DNA of 32,000 nt, from positions 1,320,001 through 1,352,000 of the forward strand of contig CAWJMG010000003.1 of the NCBI GenBank assembly GCA_963843975.1, read 5' to 3'. The notes beneath the pieces were generated by a model, which had not been told where the DNA came from, ran no database searches, and saw only the letters and a program-made list of their open reading frames with translations. Source of the stretch: an uncultured Actinomycetes bacterium (GTDB lineage: Bacteria; Actinomycetota; Actinomycetes; S36-B12; CAIYMF01). The first letter of the stretch is position 1; every line of letters starts with the position of its first letter. This document shows positions 1 to 6,363 of the stretch, piece by piece. Position numbers and translations under genes: made by a program.

Positions 1-255
1 GTCGCCACCGACGACGACGTCCTGACCTCGGTGGGCTTCGCGATCGCGATGAACAACGTGAAGCTCTCGGCGTCCACGCAGGTCATCGACATCGTCACGA
101 AGTCGCTGCTCGTCGTGGGCATCGCGGGCTACCGCGAGGACGGACCGTTCGCCATGGGCCGCCTCGTCCGCGATGCGTACGGCGGCGCGCTCATGGTCAA
201 CAACGACCGCATCGCGGCCAACACGGCGCAGCTCCTCCTCGTCCACAAGGACTGA
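1..255 (+). CDS. acyl-CoA dehydrogenase family protein, C-terminal fragment (5' end lies outside the window)
   Basis: Frame 1 is open from base 1 to TGA 253-255. The translation ...GIAGYREDGPFAMGRLVRDAYGGALMVNNDRIAANTAQLLLVHKD looks like the C-terminal helical domain of ACADs. GC3 is high. The gene ends 4 nt before the next start. Confidence 0.65.
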   Translation, partial: VATDDDVLTSVGFAIAMNNVKLSASTQVIDIVTKSLLVVGIAGYREDGPFAMGRLVRDAYGGALMVNNDRIAANTAQLLLVHKD

Positions 256-259
256 CGCC

Positions 260-1183
260 ATGACCGTCATCGACGACACCAACCTGCGCGCTGCCTTCCG
301 CGACGAGCTGCTCGAGGCAGGGCTGCTCGTGCGGACCGACGTCGAGGGTCTGTACGGCCGGTCCGGAGTGTTCGAGGACGTCGTCGACGGGATCGACCGC
401 GTCGTGGTCGCCGCCGGCTCGTACCTCGGGGCCCGGCGCCTGCGCTTCCCGCCGGTGCTGCCGCGCACGGTGTTCGCCCGCACCGACTACCTCGCGTCGT
501 TCCCCAACCTGACCGGCTCGATCCACACGTTCACCGGTGACGACAAGGGTCACGCGCGTCTGCTGGCGCTGCACGAGAGCGGCGCCGACTGGACGGTCGA
601 GCTCGAGCCGAGCGAGGTCGTGCTGGTCCCTGCCGCCTGCCACCCGGTCTACCCCACACTCACCGGCACGCTGCCCGACGGTGGCGACGTCATCGACGTC
701 TACTCCTACTGCTTCCGGCACGAGCCGTCCGCGGACCCGGCACGCATGCAGGCGTTCCGGATGCACGAGTTCGTCCGCGTGGGGACGCCGGACGACGCGA
801 TCGAGCACCGCGAGGCGTGGATCGAGCGGGGCCTCGACGTGCTCTCCACGCTCGGCCTCACCGCCGAGGCGGAGATCGCGAACGACCCGTTCTTCGGCCG
901 CGCCGGCCGCATGCTCAAGGTCAACCAGCGCGACCAGGCGCTCAAGTTCGAGCTCGTCGTGCGGCTGTACGGCGACGACGTGCCGGGCACCGCGGTCGTG
1001 TCGGCCAACTGCCACCAGGACCACTTCGGCACGCCGTTCGGCATCCGCACCGCCGACGGCGAGGTGGCGCACTCCGCCTGCGTCGGCTTCGGCATGGAGC
1101 GGATCGCGCTCGCGCTCCTGCGCCACCACGGCCTCGACCCGGCCGCGTGGCCCGCCTCGGTGCGGGCGGCGATGTGGCCGTGA
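260..1183 (+). CDS. amino acid--[acyl-carrier-protein] ligase (truncated seryl-tRNA-synthetase-like class II aaRS homologue)
   Basis: ATG 260 with AAGGA 8 nt upstream; 307 aa. Class II aaRS motif 2 is YSYCFRHEPS (codons 701-730) and motif 3 is SACVGFGMERIALALL. Cys/Glu/Cys candidates (AACHP, CFRHE, SAC) resemble the Zn site of methanogen-type SerRS. The protein is too short to carry a tRNA-binding arm. Confidence 0.8.
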   Translation: MTVIDDTNLRAAFRDELLEAGLLVRTDVEGLYGRSGVFEDVVDGIDRVVVAAGSYLGARRLRFPPVLPRTVFARTDYLASFPNLTGSIHTFTGDDKGHARLLALHESGADWTVELEPSEVVLVPAACHPVYPTLTGTLPDGGDVIDVYSYCFRHEPSADPARMQAFRMHEFVRVGTPDDAIEHREAWIERGLDVLSTLGLTAEAEIANDPFFGRAGRMLKVNQRDQALKFELVVRLYGDDVPGTAVVSANCHQDHFGTPFGIRTADGEVAHSACVGFGMERIALALLRHHGLDPAAWPASVRAAMWP

Positions 1184-2160
1184 CGACGACCTCGGTCTCG
1201 CTGCTGCCGGTGACCGCCGCGTCGTTCGTGCCCGACCCGCTGCACGCCGCGGACCGCGACTGGACCGAGACCAACTGCTACGTCGACCTCTGGATCGAGG
1301 TGCTGCACGCCCTCGGCCTCGACGCCGGCGCGGCGGGCGCATGCACCCTCAGCACGCGGTTCGAGGGCGACCAGTGGACCTTCCTCAAATACCCGCCCGA
1401 GGACCTGCGCGCCCTGTACGGCATCGAGGTGTCCGAGCTCAACGTCTGGCGCCCAGTGCTCGACCACGTCGTCGAGCACCTCGCCCTCGGCAACCTGCTC
1501 ACGGTCGAGGTGGACGGCTGGTACCTGCCCGACACCGCCGGGGCGTCGTACCGCACCGAGCACGTGAAGACCACGATCGTGCCGCAGGACGTCGACACAG
1601 TCGGGCGCCGTCTCGGCTACTTCCACAACGCAGGCTACTTCGAGCTCGAGGGCGACGACTTCGACGGCGCTTTCCGCCTCGGACGGCGCTTCGACGACGA
1701 CGTGCTGCCGCCGTACGTCGAGCTCGTACGCCTCGACCGACTGCGCAAGGACACCGACCTCGTCGGCCAGGCGGTCGCGCTCGTCGGCGACCACCTCGCG
1801 CGGCGCCCGGCGGGCAACCCTGTCGCCGACCTCGGCGCCCGCCTCCGTGCCGACGCCCCGTGGATCGCGGCCGAGGGCCTCGAGGCGTTCCACAAGTACG
1901 CGTTCGGCACGCTGCGGCAGTGCGGCGCGACCGCGGAGCTCGCCGCCGACCTGTGCACGTGGCTCGGCCGCAACGCCGGAGCCCCGCTCGACTCCGCCGC
2001 GGAGGACTTCCGTGCCGTGTCGCGCGGCACGAAGACCGTGCAGCTGCAGGCGTCCCGGCTCGCACGCGGGCGCGCCGTCGACCTCGACGCACCGTTCGTC
2101 ACGCTCGCCGGCCACTGGCAGTCCGCGGTCGACTCGGTCGTCGCCTGGCATGAGGGCTGA
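1180..2160 (+). CDS. DUF1839-like protein (unknown function, associated with aa:CP ligases)
   Basis: GTG 1180 overlaps the upstream stop (GTGA); an alternative GTG lies at 1174; 326 aa. Signature stretches are DWTETNCYVDLWIEVLHALG, LLTVEVDGWYLPDT and GYFHNAGYFELEGDDFD. The family assignment is from memory of the DUF1839 family. Confidence 0.6.
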   Translation: MTTTSVSLLPVTAASFVPDPLHAADRDWTETNCYVDLWIEVLHALGLDAGAAGACTLSTRFEGDQWTFLKYPPEDLRALYGIEVSELNVWRPVLDHVVEHLALGNLLTVEVDGWYLPDTAGASYRTEHVKTTIVPQDVDTVGRRLGYFHNAGYFELEGDDFDGAFRLGRRFDDDVLPPYVELVRLDRLRKDTDLVGQAVALVGDHLARRPAGNPVADLGARLRADAPWIAAEGLEAFHKYAFGTLRQCGATAELAADLCTWLGRNAGAPLDSAAEDFRAVSRGTKTVQLQASRLARGRAVDLDAPFVTLAGHWQSAVDSVVAWHEG

Positions 2161-4609
2161 CACCGGGCACGAGATTCGGGACGGGTGGCAGGTCGCCTCC
2201 ACCGTCGCCGGCGCTGCCGCGCACCCGGACGACCTCGCAACCCTCGGCCTGCGCTGGCTCGCTGCGGCCGTGCCCGGCACAGCCGCCGGGGCCGTGCACG
2301 CCGCGGACGGCGAGGAGGCCGCCCGCTCGACGGCGTACGACGACCTCGACTGGTGGTGGACCACCACGGTGCGCGTCACGGAGCCGGGCGCCTACCGCCT
2401 GCGGCTGGGCGGCGTCGCGACCGTGGCCGACCTGTGGGTCGACGGCGCCCACGTCGCGTCGAGCACCTCGATGTTCCGCGCGTTCTCGGCCGATGTCGGC
2501 CTGCCGGCGGGCGACCACACGGTGGTCGTGCGGTGCTCCGCGCTGGCACCGCTGCTGGAGCAGAAGCGCCCACGCGCCCGCTGGCGCACGGCCCTCGTCG
2601 CTCCCGGCACGCTGCGCTGGTTCCGCACGACGGCGCTCGGCCGGATGCCCACTCTCGCCCCCCACCACGCGCCGGTCGGGCCATGGCGGCCGGTCACGCT
2701 GCAGCCGCTGGCCTCGCCGTACGTCGTCCGCCGCGAGATCCGCACGCGCGTCGATGGCGGCGCCGGCCACGTGCGCGTCGAGGCGGTGCTGGCGCGCGCC
2801 GACGAGGGTGCCGCGACCGCCGTGGTGCGCGTCGGCGATGTCTCCGTGCAGGTGCCGGTGGAGGGCAAGGAGGCGGTGCTCGCCACCGATCTCGTGCTGC
2901 CCGACGTCGCCCTGTGGTGGCCCGCGGGCTACGGCCCCCAGGCGCTCCACGCCATCGGCATCGAGGTCGACGGCCTCGTGCACGACCTCGGCCGTATCGG
3001 GTTCAGGACCGTCGAGCTCGACGACCCGACGGGCCTTCTCTCGGTGCGCGTCAACGGGACCCCGTTCTTCGCGCGCGGAGCGGTCTGGTCGCCACCCGAC
3101 GCCGTGACCCTGGACGGGAGGGGCGTCGTCGAGCAGCTCGAGCGCCTCGCCGATGCCGGCGCGACGATGGTGCGAGTGCCGGGCACGACCGTCTACCAGG
3201 GGCAGGAGTTCTGGGACGCGTGCGACCGCCTCGGCCTGCTGGTGTGGCAGGACGCCATGCTCGCCACCCTCGACCCGCCCGACGAGCTCACCGATGTGCT
3301 CGAGGCCGAGCTCGCCGAGGTGCTGCGGCCGCTGCAGGGCAGGCCCTCGCTGGCGGTGGTGAGCGGAGGCTCGGAGACCGAGCAGCAGCCGACGATGCTC
3401 GGCCTGCCCGCGGAGCGACGCGCGATGCCCGTGCTCGAGGAGGCCTTTCCGCGCGTGGCGGCGCAGGTCGTGCCGGGCACGGCGTACGTCACCTCGAGCC
3501 CGTCCGGCGGCGACCTGCCCACTCACTCCTCGCGCGGTGTCGCGCACTGGTTCGGCGTCGGCGGCTACCGCCGACCTCTGCACGAGACGCGGCGCGCTGC
3601 GGTGCGTCTCGCCGCGGAGTGCCTCGCCTTCGCGGCACCGCCGGAGCCCGTGAGCCTGCGGGCGTGGGGCTGGACCGACGACGACGCCGCGGGATCGGAC
3701 CGATGGGCGGCCGGCGTGCCGCGGGACAACGGGTCGCCCTGGGACTTCGAGGACGTGCGCGACCACTACGTGCGCGAGCTCTTCGACGTCGAGCCCGCGG
3801 CCTTGCGCGCGAGCGACCCCGCGCGCTACCTCGACCTCGGCCGGGCCGCGCTCGCCCACCTCGGCACCGAGGTGTTCACCGAGTGGCGCCGCCCGGGCTC
3901 GGGCAGCAGCGGTGGTCTCGTCCTGCAGGCACGCGACCTCTCCCGAGGCGCGGGCTGGGGCCTGCTCGACGTCGACGGGCGCCCCAAGTCGATGCTCCTC
4001 GCACTCCGTCGCGTCTGGGCGCCGGTCGCGCTGCTCGCCACCGACGAGGGTCTCGACGGCCTCTGGCTGCACGCCCTCAACGACACCGCCGAGCCGATCG
4101 ACGCGACTGTCGAGGTGACCCTCGTCGACCTCGCAGGCCACCCGGCAGATTCGGCGGCGTACCCCCTGCGTCTCGGTGCCCGCTCGGGTACGACGGTCTC
4201 CGTGGACGCCGTCCTCGGAGCGTTCCGCGACGTGCTGCACGCCTACCGCTTCGGCGAGCAGCAGTACGACGCCGTCCACGCAAGGCTCCTCGTGGACGGC
4301 CTGGTCGTGAGCGACCTGGTGCACTTGGTGGGCGGTAGCGCCCGCGGCATGCGCGACGACGTCGGGCTCGGTGCCGTCGCCGTCGCGACCGGTGACGGGT
4401 GGAGGCTCGACGTCTCGACGCGTGACCTCGCCCAGTGGGTGTCGGTCGACCTGGACGCGCACGAGCCGGTCGACTCCTGGTTCCACCTCGCCCCGGGCAC
4501 GTCGCGGTCGGTGCCGCTGCGCGGCGACCGGGGTGCCGCGCCCACCGGCGTCGTGCGCGCGCTCAACAGCGTCACCTGCGCGGCTGTGCGCCGGGGGGCC
4601 GAGTCGTGA
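2150..4609 (+). CDS. glycoside hydrolase family 2-like protein (beta-mannosidase-like), no signal peptide
   Basis: ATG 2150 overlaps the upstream gene by 11 nt; 819 aa. The N-terminus MRADTGHEIRDGWQV and the overall layout are beta-mannosidase-like. The candidate acid/base motif is VVSGGSETE (Glu codon 3374-3376). The candidate nucleophile motif is AAECLAFA (Glu codon 3617-3619). Confidence 0.65.
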   Translation: MRADTGHEIRDGWQVASTVAGAAAHPDDLATLGLRWLAAAVPGTAAGAVHAADGEEAARSTAYDDLDWWWTTTVRVTEPGAYRLRLGGVATVADLWVDGAHVASSTSMFRAFSADVGLPAGDHTVVVRCSALAPLLEQKRPRARWRTALVAPGTLRWFRTTALGRMPTLAPHHAPVGPWRPVTLQPLASPYVVRREIRTRVDGGAGHVRVEAVLARADEGAATAVVRVGDVSVQVPVEGKEAVLATDLVLPDVALWWPAGYGPQALHAIGIEVDGLVHDLGRIGFRTVELDDPTGLLSVRVNGTPFFARGAVWSPPDAVTLDGRGVVEQLERLADAGATMVRVPGTTVYQGQEFWDACDRLGLLVWQDAMLATLDPPDELTDVLEAELAEVLRPLQGRPSLAVVSGGSETEQQPTMLGLPAERRAMPVLEEAFPRVAAQVVPGTAYVTSSPSGGDLPTHSSRGVAHWFGVGGYRRPLHETRRAAVRLAAECLAFAAPPEPVSLRAWGWTDDDAAGSDRWAAGVPRDNGSPWDFEDVRDHYVRELFDVEPAALRASDPARYLDLGRAALAHLGTEVFTEWRRPGSGSSGGLVLQARDLSRGAGWGLLDVDGRPKSMLLALRRVWAPVALLATDEGLDGLWLHALNDTAEPIDATVEVTLVDLAGHPADSAAYPLRLGARSGTTVSVDAVLGAFRDVLHAYRFGEQQYDAVHARLLVDGLVVSDLVHLVGGSARGMRDDVGLGAVAVATGDGWRLDVSTRDLAQWVSVDLDAHEPVDSWFHLAPGTSRSVPLRGDRGAAPTGVVRALNSVTCAAVRRGAES

Positions 4610-6267
4610 CGGCCACGCCCGGATGGTTCGGCGGCCCGCAGGGCACGCCGCTGTTCGCGTGGTGGCACGTGCCCGACGGCGGGGCGCGGTCGGTCGCCGT
4701 CCTCGTCGGGCCGGTGGGCGACGAGCAGCTCGTCACGCACCGCGCGCTGCGCCTCCTCGCCGAGCGGCTCGAGGCCGACGGCGTCGCCGTGCTGCGTGTC
4801 GACGTGCCCGGCTCGGGCGACAGCGGCGAGCCGGATCCTGACGACGTGGTCGGCTCCTGGACGGCGGCCGTCGTGGCCGCGGTCGACCATGCCCGCGCGG
4901 CCGGTGCCGAGCGCGTCAGCCTGGTGGGCGTTCGCCTCGGTGCGGTCCTGGTCGCCGACGCCCTCCCCCGCCTCGGCGGGATCGACCGCGTGGTGCTGTG
5001 GGACCCGTGGCCCTCGGGCCGCTCGTACCTCCGGCGCCTCCGCGCGCTGCACATGCTCTCGGGCTTCACGGCGTATGACGAGGCGGGCAGCGTCGAGGGG
5101 CCGGGCACGTTCGTCGACGCGGGCACGGCTGCGGCGCTGGGCCGGCTGCGGCTGCCCGCGATCGACCCGGAGCAGCGCGTGACGCTCGTGCTGCGCGAGA
5201 CGCCGCAGGCGGGGGCCGAGGTCGATCCCGCCGTCGTCGCGCCGCACTCCGAGGTGGTGCGCACCTCGGAGTCGGAGGCGTGGCTCGACACCGTTCGGCT
5301 CGAGGCCTCGCTGCCCCTCGCGACCATCGACGCCGTGGCCGAGAGCCTCCTTCGCGACGCACCGGCCGACCGCACGCAGGTGGTGCCGCACCTCTGCCCG
5401 TCCGCGCACCTCGCGGGCGGCGCGGTGGTCGAGGAGGTCGTGCGGCTCGGCCCGCGCGAGCTGTTCGGCATCGCGAGCCGTCCTGCCGGAGGTACGACGC
5501 TGCGCTCGTCGGTGGTGCTCGCGGACACCGCCACCAGCTACCGCGTGGGCCCGGCGCGCACCTGGGTCGCCCTCGCGCGGATCCTCGCGGCCGAAGGCCA
5601 CCGCGTCGTGCGGTTCGACCACCACGACCTCGGTGACTCGCCGCTCGGCTCGTCGCCGGCGGGGCCGCGCTACTACAACGAGGCCTGCGTGCGCGACGTG
5701 CGCGAGGCCGTCGAGGCCTCGGACCTGCGCGCGGACGGCGTGCCGCTCGTGATGGTGGGCCACTGCTCGGGGTCCTGGGCGTCCCTCATGGCCGCGCGGG
5801 ACGTCCACCCCGACGCGCTGTACCTCGTGAACCCGCTCATCTGGATCACGAGCCCTCCCACGATGGGACCGTCCGTCACCGGGGCGGCAGCCCGTGCCGC
5901 GGGCACGGCCTCCCTCTCGTGGAAGGCGCGGCACTGGGTGCGCAGCAGGCCGCCCGTGCGGCAGGCGGCGCAGGCGGTGCGCGACGCCCTCGTCCGGCTG
6001 GGAGCGCTCGGCTCCGCCGACGCGCTGCTCACCGGCCTCGCGCGTGCCGGGACACGGGTGACCTCGGCGGTCGGCACCGTCGAGCTCGAGCAGTACCGCC
6101 GCTTCCAGCGGTACGGCGGTGCGGCGCGCCTCGCGGCCGAGCCGCGCGTGCGCCTCGACGTCATGGAGCACGACGACCATGCGCTGAAGACGCGCGTCGT
6201 CCGCGAGCACCTGCTCGCGGAGCTGCCGCGCTGGATCGCCGAGGACCTCGTCGCCGACCGCGCCTGA
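4606..6267 (+). CDS. tandem alpha/beta-hydrolase-fold protein (internally duplicated)
   Basis: GTG 4606 overlaps the upstream stop (GTGA); 553 aa. Two halves align with each other (LF..P.GG...VL....LA..L.A.G..V.R.D..G.GDS). The nucleophile-elbow pentapeptide is GVRLG in half 1 (4927-4941) and GHCSG in half 2 (5758-5772). Confidence 0.6.
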   Translation: MTATPGWFGGPQGTPLFAWWHVPDGGARSVAVLVGPVGDEQLVTHRALRLLAERLEADGVAVLRVDVPGSGDSGEPDPDDVVGSWTAAVVAAVDHARAAGAERVSLVGVRLGAVLVADALPRLGGIDRVVLWDPWPSGRSYLRRLRALHMLSGFTAYDEAGSVEGPGTFVDAGTAAALGRLRLPAIDPEQRVTLVLRETPQAGAEVDPAVVAPHSEVVRTSESEAWLDTVRLEASLPLATIDAVAESLLRDAPADRTQVVPHLCPSAHLAGGAVVEEVVRLGPRELFGIASRPAGGTTLRSSVVLADTATSYRVGPARTWVALARILAAEGHRVVRFDHHDLGDSPLGSSPAGPRYYNEACVRDVREAVEASDLRADGVPLVMVGHCSGSWASLMAARDVHPDALYLVNPLIWITSPPTMGPSVTGAAARAAGTASLSWKARHWVRSRPPVRQAAQAVRDALVRLGALGSADALLTGLARAGTRVTSAVGTVELEQYRRFQRYGGAARLAAEPRVRLDVMEHDDHALKTRVVREHLLAELPRWIAEDLVADRA

Positions 6268-6298
6268 CGTAGCGCCGAACGACCTGCGCAGTACGCAG

Positions 6299-6335
6299 CA
6301 GAGCGGGCCGGGAGCAATGCTCCCGGCCCGCTCTG
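6299..6335. terminator. bidirectional intrinsic terminator hairpin between convergent genes
   Basis: Perfect 17-bp GC-rich stem CAGAGCGGGCCGGGAGC / GCTCCCGGCCCGCTCTG with a 3-nt loop. It lies between the stop at 6267 (+) and the stop at 6364 (-). Confidence 0.75.
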
Positions 6336-6363
6336 TCGTGCTAGCGGTTACAGCTCATCGACC

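Noticed and set aside
197-6210. Long antisense or out-of-frame ORFs over the first operon (for example 197-1342 -, 706-2379 -, 537-2153 +, 2099-4486 -, 2185-4338 +, 4243-6210 -).
   Set aside because: Their translations are Arg/Ala/Gly/Pro-rich with no recognisable motifs, and they overlap ORFs that have clear family signatures. These are typical stop-codon-poor artefacts of DNA above 70% GC.
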